From: Spirochaetia bacterium
Lineage (GTDB): Bacteria > Spirochaetota > Spirochaetia > SZUA-6 > Bin103
DNA: 64,000 bases
NCBI GenBank assembly: GCA_965203515.1
Contig: OZ241907.1
Span: 224,001 to 288,000 of the forward strand
Direction: 5' to 3'
This document shows positions 53,587 to 61,876 of the stretch, piece by piece. Under the pieces are notes generated by a model. It had not been told where the DNA came from. It saw only the letters and a program-made list of their open reading frames with translations, and did no database searches. Each line of letters starts with the position of its first letter. Positions within the stretch are counted from its first letter, which is position 1. Position numbers and translations under genes: made by a program.

Positions 53587-53652
53587 GGTGCCGGTTGTCC
53601 GCTGCTGGTATTCGGCATCATGAAATCGCTGTACGTGGAGGACGAATGGTGA
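53587..53652 (+). pseudogene. C-terminal remnant of a probable BglII/BstYI-family restriction endonuclease
   Basis: Reads GAGCPLLVFGIMKSLYVEDEW*, resembling from memory the GGGCP.LVFGI...LY C-terminus of that family. Its stop overlaps the MT-A70 start. Confidence 0.55.
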
Positions 53653-54305
53653 GTGTCTCGAATGACTTGCTGAGCGCGGTCGGCGACCGGAGGTTCGGTA
53701 CCGTGCTGGCCGATCCGCCGTGGCAATTTCAGAATCGGACCGGGAAGGTCGCTCCCGAACACCGGCGGTTGGCGCGTTACTCCACGATGTCGTTCGAAAG
53801 CATAGCCAGGGTGCCGGTAGCGGACATCGTGACGGAGTGCGCGCATCTGTATCTGTGGGTTCCGAATGCGCTGTTGCCGTATGGATTGGACACGATGGAA
53901 CGGTGGGGGTTCACCTACAAGACCAACCTGATCTGGTACAAGGTGCGCAAGGACGGCGGTCCGGATCGGCGGGGAGTCGGGTTCTATTTCCGCAACGTCA
54001 CGGAGATCATCCTGTTTGGAATCCGCGGCCGCAACTGCCGGACGCTGGCGCCGGGACGGAGCCGGGAGAACATGATCATCTCGCAAAAGCGAGAGCACAG
54101 CAGAAAGCCCGATGAGCAGTTCGACCTCATCGAGTCATGTAGTCCGGGGCCGTTCATCGAGCTGTTCGCGCGGGGCACCAGACCGGGCTGGTTTGCGTGG
54201 GGCGATCAGGCGCGGGACTACGCGCCCGACTGGCAGACCTACGCGAATCATTCGCAGTCGTCCCGCCGCCAGCCGGAACTGTTCGCGCATACTCCCGGCG
54301 CCTGA
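53646..54305 (+). CDS. MT-A70-family N6-adenine methyltransferase
   Basis: ADPPW, HLYLWVPN, WGF.YK, G.G.YFRN.TE, HSRKP, ELFAR. Lower GC than its neighbours. Confidence 0.9.
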   Translation: MVSVSNDLLSAVGDRRFGTVLADPPWQFQNRTGKVAPEHRRLARYSTMSFESIARVPVADIVTECAHLYLWVPNALLPYGLDTMERWGFTYKTNLIWYKVRKDGGPDRRGVGFYFRNVTEIILFGIRGRNCRTLAPGRSRENMIISQKREHSRKPDEQFDLIESCSPGPFIELFARGTRPGWFAWGDQARDYAPDWQTYANHSQSSRRQPELFAHTPGA

Positions 54306-54314
54306 CCCCTCGGA

Positions 54315-57197
54315 TCAACGCTCTTCGGGGAGCAGGACGAGGCGGACGTAGCGGTCCGGGAGGAGATAGCGGCGCGCCGCGGCCGCGACCTGCTCCAAGG
54401 TGACCGAGTCGAGGCGTTGCTCGAAGCCGCCGATCACGGCGAACGGCTCACCGGTCTCCACGACGCCGCGGATCTGGTCGAGCCAGAAGCGGTTGGTGCG
54501 CTCCCGCTCCTCCCGGTCGGAGCGCAGCAACTCCTTGACGGTGTCCAGGTAACGCTGCTCGCCGCCGGCCTGCAACCACGCCACTTCGGTGAATACCGCG
54601 GCCAGCAGCTCGTCGGCGCGCGCCGGGTCGCTGTCGAAGGCGATCCGCACGTCGTATTCGTGATCGGGCAGCGACTGTGCGCGGCCGATGGCGCCGTAGC
54701 TGTAGGTGCCGCCGAGGTCCTCGCGGATCGACTCGCGCAGGCGCATCTGCAGCATCTCGCCCAACACCCGGAGCGTGAGCGCTTCCGTCCGGCTCCACTC
54801 CATGTCGCCGGCGAATACCAGGTAGGTGGTGCTGAGCGGTTCCACGCCGCGGCGCACGGTCTCCTCCACCACCCCCGGCGGCGGGTCCACGCCCACGTCG
54901 CGCCACCGCTCCGTGCGTCCCGCGGCCGGGAGCGCCGCCAGGTAGGCCGCGCTCAAGTCCCGCAGTTCCTGCCGGTCGAAAGCGCCGGTGAAGATGAAGG
55001 TGAAGTCTCCGAAGTCGGCGAAGCGGTCTTCGTAGACCGCCCGCGAGCGGTCCAGGTCGAGCTCGTCGAGTACCTCCAGGGTCAGCGGTCGCGCGCGGAA
55101 GTGGTCCTGCGCCAGGATGCTGCGCAACCGGTCCCGGAACACGATCTGCGGCGACGCGCCGCGGTTCTCGACGTCGCTCCGCAACCGCGACCGGAACGAC
55201 GCGAAGTAGGTCGGGTCGAAGCGCGGCGCCGTGGCGTACAGCGTGACGAGCTGAAACAGCGTCTCCAGGTCGCGCGGCGAGGCGCTGCCGTACAGCGTCT
55301 CGAACAGCTCGCCGATAGCGGGCGAGATCGAAACCTCCTTGCCGGCGAGCAGCTTTTCCAGCGTGACCTGGTCGTGGACGCCGGCGCCGCTGCCGGCGGC
55401 GATCGCGGCCGCGGTGAACGCGGGAATGTAGTCCTCGTCGGCCACCAGCGAGTCGCCGCCGGGGCTGATGGCGGCCATCAGCACCTCGTCGTTGCGGAAG
55501 TCGGTCTGCTTGGCGATCACGGTGACGCCGTTGGAGAGCGTCCACTCCACCGCGTCGATCTCCTCCAGCCGCCGTTCGCCGACGACCGTGCCCGGCTCCG
55601 GCATGCTCGTCAGCAACGGCGCGTCGCCGGTCAGGTCGACGTAGGGATCGACGTCGCGGCTGAGGGCGGCGGCCAGCTGATCGCGCAGCGCCCTGGCAAG
55701 GGCGGCGTTCGCTGTGTCCGGGTCATCCGGATCGACGCCCGCAGCCTCGGCGGCCGCGGCGCCGATCCCCTCCGGCCCCGACACCAGCAGCACCACGTTG
55801 CCGGGCTCGGCCCACAGGTCCGCCACCGCGTCCGCTTCCGCGGCGTCGATCTCCGGCAGAAACCGCCGGTGCAGCTCATACTCGACCTGCAGGCCGGGCA
55901 CCAGCTCGCCTTCCAGGAAGTGGCGCAGGTACTCGGCCGCCAGCCGCGCCGACGGCCGCTGGTCGCGTTCCTCATAGGCGCTCTCGATACCGCGCATCAG
56001 GTTGGCTTTGGCCCGTGCCAGCTCGGTGGCGGTAAAGCCGTGGAGTTGCGCCCGCCGCAGTTCCTCCAGCACCGCGTCCAGCCCGCGCGCCACGCCGTCC
56101 TGGCTCACCCACGCTCTGGCGATCAGCGTACCGGTGGTCCCCGCCAGTAGGCCGCGTCCGGCGCCGGCGCCGACGTACGGAGGATCGACCACGTGCAGGC
56201 GTTCGGCCAGCCGTGCGTTGATCATCTCTTCGTAGAGCGCGTCGACCACCAGGCGCCGGTACGCGGCGGCGTCCTGCCCGGTGTCAGCCGGCAGCTTGCG
56301 GTACAGGCTCAGGGAGGCACCGCTCGCTTCGGGGTCGGTGGCCACGCTGATGCGCGCCTCCCGGTGGTCGGGTATCGCAAAGCGGGGCCGCTCGACCGGC
56401 GGGTCGGAACGCAACGCCGGCTCGTACTCCGCCTCCCCCTGCGGCGGCGGCGCGAAGTGGCGTCGGATCGCGTCCTCGATCCGCTCCTCGTCGAAGTCCC
56501 CCACCGCGGCGACCGCCATCAGCTCCGGCCGGTACCAGGCGCGGGTGAACGCGCGCAACTGCTCCGCGGTGGCGCCGGCGATCACCTCCGGCACGCCGAT
56601 CGGCAGCCGCTCGGCGTAGCGGGAATCGCCGAACAGGACCGGGATCTGCCGATCCAGGATGCGGGCGTCGGCGCCGCGACCGGATCGCCACTCTTCCATG
56701 ATCACGTCGCGCTCCTGCGCCACTTCGCCGGGGTCGAAGGCGATGGCGTAGGCCCAGTCGCTCAGGATCCGGAACGCGGTCTCCAGCACCTCCGGGTCAT
56801 CGGTGGGGACCTCGAGTCGATAGACGGTTTCGTCGAAGCTGGTGTACGCGTTGAGATCGGGCCCGAACCCGCTGCCGATCGATTCCAGGTAATCGATGAT
56901 CGTCTGCTTGGCGAAACGGGCGGTGCCGTTGAACGCCATGTGCTCGACGAAGTGGGCCAGCCCGCGCTGCGACTCATCTTCCACGGTCGACCCGGCTTGT
57001 ACCGCCAGCCGTAGCTGCGCCCGGTTCTGCGGTTCGACGTTGCGCCGCACGTAGTAGACCAGGCCGTTGCTCAGGGTGCCCCGACGGACCGCCGGATCGA
57101 ACGGCAGCGCTTCGCCATCCCCCAGCGCCGCAGGGGCGGCCGCGGCCAGTATGACGACCGCGCACAGCGCGCGCCGGATCGCGTATCCCGGTCTCAT
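54315..57197 (-). CDS. M16-family zinc peptidase (PqqL-like), secreted
   Basis: Signal peptide, G.L.NGL, HFVEHMAFNGT (inverted HxxEH), NAYTSFDETVY, second L.NG half, RE..GG.Y. Confidence 0.9.
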   Translation of the reverse strand: MRPGYAIRRALCAVVILAAAAPAALGDGEALPFDPAVRRGTLSNGLVYYVRRNVEPQNRAQLRLAVQAGSTVEDESQRGLAHFVEHMAFNGTARFAKQTIIDYLESIGSGFGPDLNAYTSFDETVYRLEVPTDDPEVLETAFRILSDWAYAIAFDPGEVAQERDVIMEEWRSGRGADARILDRQIPVLFGDSRYAERLPIGVPEVIAGATAEQLRAFTRAWYRPELMAVAAVGDFDEERIEDAIRRHFAPPPQGEAEYEPALRSDPPVERPRFAIPDHREARISVATDPEASGASLSLYRKLPADTGQDAAAYRRLVVDALYEEMINARLAERLHVVDPPYVGAGAGRGLLAGTTGTLIARAWVSQDGVARGLDAVLEELRRAQLHGFTATELARAKANLMRGIESAYEERDQRPSARLAAEYLRHFLEGELVPGLQVEYELHRRFLPEIDAAEADAVADLWAEPGNVVLLVSGPEGIGAAAAEAAGVDPDDPDTANAALARALRDQLAAALSRDVDPYVDLTGDAPLLTSMPEPGTVVGERRLEEIDAVEWTLSNGVTVIAKQTDFRNDEVLMAAISPGGDSLVADEDYIPAFTAAAIAAGSGAGVHDQVTLEKLLAGKEVSISPAIGELFETLYGSASPRDLETLFQLVTLYATAPRFDPTYFASFRSRLRSDVENRGASPQIVFRDRLRSILAQDHFRARPLTLEVLDELDLDRSRAVYEDRFADFGDFTFIFTGAFDRQELRDLSAAYLAALPAAGRTERWRDVGVDPPPGVVEETVRRGVEPLSTTYLVFAGDMEWSRTEALTLRVLGEMLQMRLRESIREDLGGTYSYGAIGRAQSLPDHEYDVRIAFDSDPARADELLAAVFTEVAWLQAGGEQRYLDTVKELLRSDREERERTNRFWLDQIRGVVETGEPFAVIGGFEQRLDSVTLEQVAAAARRYLLPDRYVRLVLLPEER

Positions 57198-57318
57198 CTC
57201 AACACACCTCAACGTCGGGAAGGTAATTCTCGGATGTGATACTGTCCATGAAACGCGGGCCCGCACTCCATGCGCAGTGCGATCCGTCCCGCGCCTGACC
57301 CATACCGGTGGAGTTCAC

Positions 57319-58617
57319 GTGGATCTGATGCGGAGCCGCGCAGCCGGCGCACGGGCGCGCGAGGTGCTGCCGGGCGGCGTGAACAGCCCGGTGCGGGCGT
57401 TTCGCCGGGTTGGCGGGGAGCCGGTCTTCATCCGTAGCGGGCGCGGCAGCCGTTGCGCCGATCTGGACGGCAACGAGTACACCGATTACTGCCTGTCGTG
57501 GGGGCCGCTGATCCACGGCCACGCCCCGCAGCCGGTGGTGGAGGCGGTGCGCCGCGCCGCCGCGGACGGGCTGTCGTTCGGCGCCTGTCACGAGCGCGAG
57601 CTGGAGCTGGCCGAGCTGGTGCTGGCCGCCTTTCCCGGCCGGCGGCGTCTGCGCGCGGTGAGCTCCGGGACCGAGGCGGTCATGACTGCGGTGCGCATCG
57701 CTCGCGCGGCGACCGGCAGGGACCTGATCGTCAAGTTCGACGGCGGCTACCACGGCCATGCGGACGGCATGTTGGTCAAGGCCGGTTCCGGGTTGGCGAC
57801 GCACGCGATCGCGGACTCGGCCGGCGTGCCGCGGGCGGTCGCCGCGACCACGGTGGTGGCGCCGTTCGACGACGACGCGGCGATCCGGGACGTCTTTGCC
57901 GAGCTGGGAAGTCGAATCGCCGCGGTGGTGCTGGAACCGCTGCCGGCCAACAACGGCCTGCTGGCGCAGCGGCCCGACTGGCTGCGCTCGGTCGCGGCGC
58001 TGACGCGGCGGGCCGGCGCGCTGCTGATTCTGGATGAGGTGATCAGCGGCTTCCGTCTGCGCTACGGCGGCTACGGCGGAGCGGTGGGGATCGACGCCGA
58101 TCTGATCACCCTGGGCAAGGTGATCGGCGGCGGCATGCCGCTGGGCGCGGTGGTGGGGCCGGCGGAGCTGATGGATCTGCTCGCCCCGGACGGGGCGGTC
58201 TATCAGGCCGGCACGCTGAGCGGCAATCCGCTGTCGATGGCGGCCGGGATCGCGGCGCTGCGTTCATTGCGTGACGACCCGCCCTACGAGCGGTTGGAGC
58301 GGCTCGGCGCCCGGCTGCAGGCCGCGATCGGGCGGATCGGCCGCGGTGACGTGCGGATGCGGCGATGCGGCTCGATCTTCTGGCTGTACCTCGCGGCCGG
58401 CGAGCTGCCCCGGCGAGCCGACGGCATCGAGCCGGCGGCGGTCGCCCGATTCGGCGCCGTGCACCGGCCGCTGCTGGAGCGTGGCCACTACCTGCCGCCG
58501 TCAGCCTATGAGGTGCTGTTTCTGAGCACCGCGCACACCGCGGAGGAGATCGAGCGGCTTGCCGCCGACCTGGCCGCGGTGCTGAGGACGGCGCACCCTT
58601 TCGTATCGGAGCGATGA
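57319..58617 (+). CDS. hemL: Glutamate-1-semialdehyde 2,1-aminomutase
   Basis: PGGVNSPVRAF, SWGPLI.GH, SGTEA.M, GYHGH.D, DEV.SGFR, GKVIGGG.P, YQAGTLSGNP. Confidence 0.92.
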   Translation: MDLMRSRAAGARAREVLPGGVNSPVRAFRRVGGEPVFIRSGRGSRCADLDGNEYTDYCLSWGPLIHGHAPQPVVEAVRRAAADGLSFGACHERELELAELVLAAFPGRRRLRAVSSGTEAVMTAVRIARAATGRDLIVKFDGGYHGHADGMLVKAGSGLATHAIADSAGVPRAVAATTVVAPFDDDAAIRDVFAELGSRIAAVVLEPLPANNGLLAQRPDWLRSVAALTRRAGALLILDEVISGFRLRYGGYGGAVGIDADLITLGKVIGGGMPLGAVVGPAELMDLLAPDGAVYQAGTLSGNPLSMAAGIAALRSLRDDPPYERLERLGARLQAAIGRIGRGDVRMRRCGSIFWLYLAAGELPRRADGIEPAAVARFGAVHRPLLERGHYLPPSAYEVLFLSTAHTAEEIERLAADLAAVLRTAHPFVSER

Positions 58618-59810
58618 TGGATACCGACTCCCGCGACAAGCTGCTCGCCGACGTCGATGCGTTCTGCCGGGAGGTCCGTCCGGTCGAGGACCTCTGCTAC
58701 CTGGAACACCGATTCAACGACCGGGCGGTCGAGCTTGCGCGCAAGCACGACATCCTCGGTCTCAACGTTCCGGCCGTCTACGGCGGTCGAGGCGCCGACG
58801 CGCGTACCTACGTCGATGCCTTGGCGCGCATCGGCCGCGAGGGCACCGGCCTGCGCACGCTGTTCTCCGGCCACTGCTCGATCGGCCAGACGACGGTGCT
58901 GGAATGGGGAACCGAAGAGCAGCGGCGGCGCGTGCTGCCGGACACCGCCGCGGGCCGCACGATCACGGCGTTCGGGCTGACCGAGCCCGAGGCCGGGTCC
59001 AATCCGCGCGAGTTGCGGATGACCTATCGCCGCGACGGCGACCGGTTTCTCCTCAACGGGGTGAAGTACCTGATCTCCAACGGCAGCATCGCCGACCTGA
59101 TCGTCGTCTTCGCCTATCCGGAGGCGGGCGACGATTCGGCCGGCGACCGGGCCCGGCGGTTCAGCGCCTTCATGGTCGAGACCGGCGAGAAGGGCATCGA
59201 GCGCGAGATGATGACCGCCAAGGTGGGGCTTCCGACCAGCGACACCTCCATGTTCGAGCTGACCGACTATCCGGTGCCGGTCGACAACCTGCTCGGCGCC
59301 GAGGGGCAGGGATTGACGATCGCCCTGCAGACGCTGCGCGCCGGTCGGCTGAGCGTCGCCGCCGGCTGCCTGGGCGTGATCGAGGACTGTCTGGAAGAGA
59401 CGTGCCGCTACGCCAAGGAGCGCTGGCAGCACGGCAAGCAGATCGCGCGCCACCAGTTGGTGCAGGAGCACATCGCCGCGATCGAGCTGGCCCGGCAGGC
59501 CAGCGAGAGCCTGATCCACACCGCCGCGGACGCGAAGCAGGCGGCCGGCGACCGGCCGGGCGACGAGGTCCTGGCGGCGCGGGCCGACCTGCTGGTGGCG
59601 GAAGCCAAGCTGTTCGCCTCCGATGCGGCGTTCCGTGCCGCCGACAGCGCCGTGCAGGTGTTCGGCGGTCGCGGGTACTCCGAGTTGTTCCGCCCCGGCC
59701 GCCACTGGAAGGACGTGCGCGTCTGCCGGATCTACGAGGGGACCGACGAGATACTCAAGCTCAAGGTAGCGGCCGGCGTGCTCGGCAAGGAGTACGAGGC
59801 GTACCGCTGA
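58614..59810 (+). CDS. Acyl-CoA dehydrogenase
   Basis: FGLTEPEAGS, NG.KYLISNG, R.QHGK.I, Q..GG.GY, IYEGT.EI. Confidence 0.92.
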   Translation: MMDTDSRDKLLADVDAFCREVRPVEDLCYLEHRFNDRAVELARKHDILGLNVPAVYGGRGADARTYVDALARIGREGTGLRTLFSGHCSIGQTTVLEWGTEEQRRRVLPDTAAGRTITAFGLTEPEAGSNPRELRMTYRRDGDRFLLNGVKYLISNGSIADLIVVFAYPEAGDDSAGDRARRFSAFMVETGEKGIEREMMTAKVGLPTSDTSMFELTDYPVPVDNLLGAEGQGLTIALQTLRAGRLSVAAGCLGVIEDCLEETCRYAKERWQHGKQIARHQLVQEHIAAIELARQASESLIHTAADAKQAAGDRPGDEVLAARADLLVAEAKLFASDAAFRAADSAVQVFGGRGYSELFRPGRHWKDVRVCRIYEGTDEILKLKVAAGVLGKEYEAYR

Positions 59811-59860
59811 GGCGCGACCCGGCCACGTGACAGCGCGGCCATTGCGACGCAACTTCGGCA

Positions 59861-59895
59861 CCGAGGACGCGGCGTCGCGCCGAGGACGCGGCGTC
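59861..59895. repeat. 16-bp direct repeat
   Basis: CCGAGGACGCGGCGTC at 59861-76 and 59880-95. Confidence 0.75.
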
Positions 59896-59906
59896 CCGGC
59901 ACCCGC

Positions 59907-59934
59907 TTGACAGCGTGCTGGCCTCGTGTAACCT
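59907..59934 (+). promoter_or_regulatory. Orphan sigma70-type promoter
   Basis: TTGACA(59907-12), 16-nt spacer, TAACCT(59929-34), flanked by the inverted repeat GCCTCGTG/CACGAGGC. Confidence 0.45.
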
Positions 59935-59975
59935 ACCCACGAGGCAGGCGCGGCCCATGCACCTCAGAGGTTACC

Positions 59976-60000
59976 CGTCCGTCAAACCGGGACAACTCCA
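59976..60000 (-). mobile_element. Solo IS3-family-like terminal inverted repeat (no transposase)
   Basis: Reverse complement TGGAGTTGTCCCGGTTTGACGGACG fits the TG...TG.CCC...GGAC shape of IS3-family ends. Confidence 0.4.
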
Positions 60001-60019
60001 CGTCAGGCGCCGATTCGGT

Positions 60020-60478
60020 TCAGCCCCGCTGCCGATGTTGCGAAGCGAGTCGCTCCCGAAAGCCCTGCCAGGCGCTGGCGATCACCTTGCCGGCGGACGC
60101 CTCGATCAGGCCGGCGCCGACCGGCTTGAGCAGCCCGCCCAGCTCGTCCACGGTCGCGGTCCAGTCGACCGCGGCGCCGCCGCCGGCCTCGCGCAGGTCG
60201 AAGGTGGCGGTGACCGCGGCCGTCGATCCGATCCCCTTGCTGCGGACGCCAAGCACCAGACGCGGCTCCGCACGTGTTCGCACGTCGATCGTGGTCGACA
60301 GCGAGCCGGTCAGAAACGACAGCGCCGGCTTTACCTTGCAGGTCAGACGGTCGTCGGTGGTGCGGGCAGCCGAAGACATGCCGGGAATCGCCTCTGCCAG
60401 GAAGGACAGATCGGACAGCCGCCGCCACACCTCCACGACCGGTTCGTCGAAGCGCTCGCTACCCGACAACTCGATCAT
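60020..60478 (-). CDS. SRPBCC/CoxG-family protein
   Basis: P.E.VW..L.D...LA..IPG, C-terminal GG.L..VG..LI...A. ATGA overlap with the thiolase. Confidence 0.75.
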   Translation of the reverse strand: MIELSGSERFDEPVVEVWRRLSDLSFLAEAIPGMSSAARTTDDRLTCKVKPALSFLTGSLSTTIDVRTRAEPRLVLGVRSKGIGSTAAVTATFDLREAGGGAAVDWTATVDELGGLLKPVGAGLIEASAGKVIASAWQGFRERLASQHRQRG

Positions 60479-61665
60479 GACGCGTCCCGCTCGACGACCA
60501 CGCCGCATGCCTCACCGCCGCCGATGCACAGCGCCGCGACGCCGCGCACGGTGCGCCCGCTCGGCAGCGCGGCCAGGGAATGGAGCAGGGTGGTGAGGAT
60601 GCGCGCGCCGCTGGCGCCGATCGGATGGCCAAGCGCCACCGCGCCGCCGTCGACGTTGGTCCGCTCGCCGTCGATGCCCAGGTCGCGCTCCACCGCCAGG
60701 TTGCCGGCGGCGAACGCCTCGTTGATTTCGAACCGGTCGATGTCGTCGATCGCCAGGCCGGCCCGATCGAGCATGGCGGGCACTACCAGAGCCGGCGCCA
60801 CCAGGAACCGCGCGGGCGCGGCGGCGACGCTGCCGTGGGCGACCAGCGCCGCCAGCGGCGTGATACCCAGATCGGCCGCGCGGCGTTCGGTCATCACCAC
60901 GCACGCGGCGGCGCCGTCGTTGAGCGACGATGCGTTGGCCGCCGTGATCGTCCCGTCGGCGGAAAAGGCCGGCCGCAGCAGGGCGATCCGGTCGAAGTCG
61001 GCGCGGCCCGGCTCCTCGTCGGTCGTCACCGGCGGGCGGCCGTCGTCGACCGTGACCGGGACGATCTCCGCGTCCCAGCGTCCGTCGCGCTGCGCGCCGA
61101 GCGCGCGGCGGTACGAGCGCTCGGCGTAGGCGTCCTGCGCCGCGCGGTCGATTCGGTACTCGCGCGCGATCGACTCGGCCGCGTCCCCCATGTGAAAGTC
61201 GTTGTACACGTCCCACAGCCCGTCGACGATCATGCTGTCGGCGACCTGCCGGTGTCCGTAGCGGAAGCCGCGGCGGGCGCCCGAAAGCAGGTAGGGCGCG
61301 TTGGACATGCTCTCCATGCCGCCGGCCACGGCGATGCCCGCATCGCCGGCAAGCACGGCCCGCGCGGCCAGGATCACCGCCTGCAGTCCCGACCCGCACA
61401 CCTTGTTGACCGTCGTGCAGGGAACGGAATCGGGCAGCCCGGCGCCGATCGCGGCCTGCCGCGCGGGCGCCTGACCCGCACCGGCGGTGAGGACTTGGCC
61501 CATGAAGACCTCGTCCACGTCCTGCGGGGCCAAGCCGGCGCGGCGCACCGCCTCGCCGATCGCCGCCGCCCCCAGCCGCGGGGCCGGCACCGCCGCCAGC
61601 GCGCCGCCCAGCGCGCCGATCGGGGTGCGGCAGGCGGTCGTGAGCACGGCGCGTTCGGCAGGCAT
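60475..61665 (-). CDS. Acetyl-CoA C-acetyltransferase (thiolase)
   Basis: RTPIG, NKVCGSG, GGMESMS, NEAF, GHPIGASG, LCIGGG. Confidence 0.93.
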   Translation of the reverse strand: MPAERAVLTTACRTPIGALGGALAAVPAPRLGAAAIGEAVRRAGLAPQDVDEVFMGQVLTAGAGQAPARQAAIGAGLPDSVPCTTVNKVCGSGLQAVILAARAVLAGDAGIAVAGGMESMSNAPYLLSGARRGFRYGHRQVADSMIVDGLWDVYNDFHMGDAAESIAREYRIDRAAQDAYAERSYRRALGAQRDGRWDAEIVPVTVDDGRPPVTTDEEPGRADFDRIALLRPAFSADGTITAANASSLNDGAAACVVMTERRAADLGITPLAALVAHGSVAAAPARFLVAPALVVPAMLDRAGLAIDDIDRFEINEAFAAGNLAVERDLGIDGERTNVDGGAVALGHPIGASGARILTTLLHSLAALPSGRTVRGVAALCIGGGEACGVVVERDAS

Positions 61666-61876
61666 GCTTGAGGCGGAAGTCTGCCGGAATGCCGCTCCCG
61701 CGGCAAGTCCGCGAGCCTCCTGCATGCCTGGCGGGTCGTCGGCGGTCCGCTCGGCGCTTGGGAAGCCGCTCTCACTACGGTGGACGTGGACCTCAAGCTC
61801 GACCCCGAGCCGGACGGCTCGACTGCGCCTCACGAGGCGTCGATTTCTGCTACGGTACGACGCGAAGACGCAGGAG

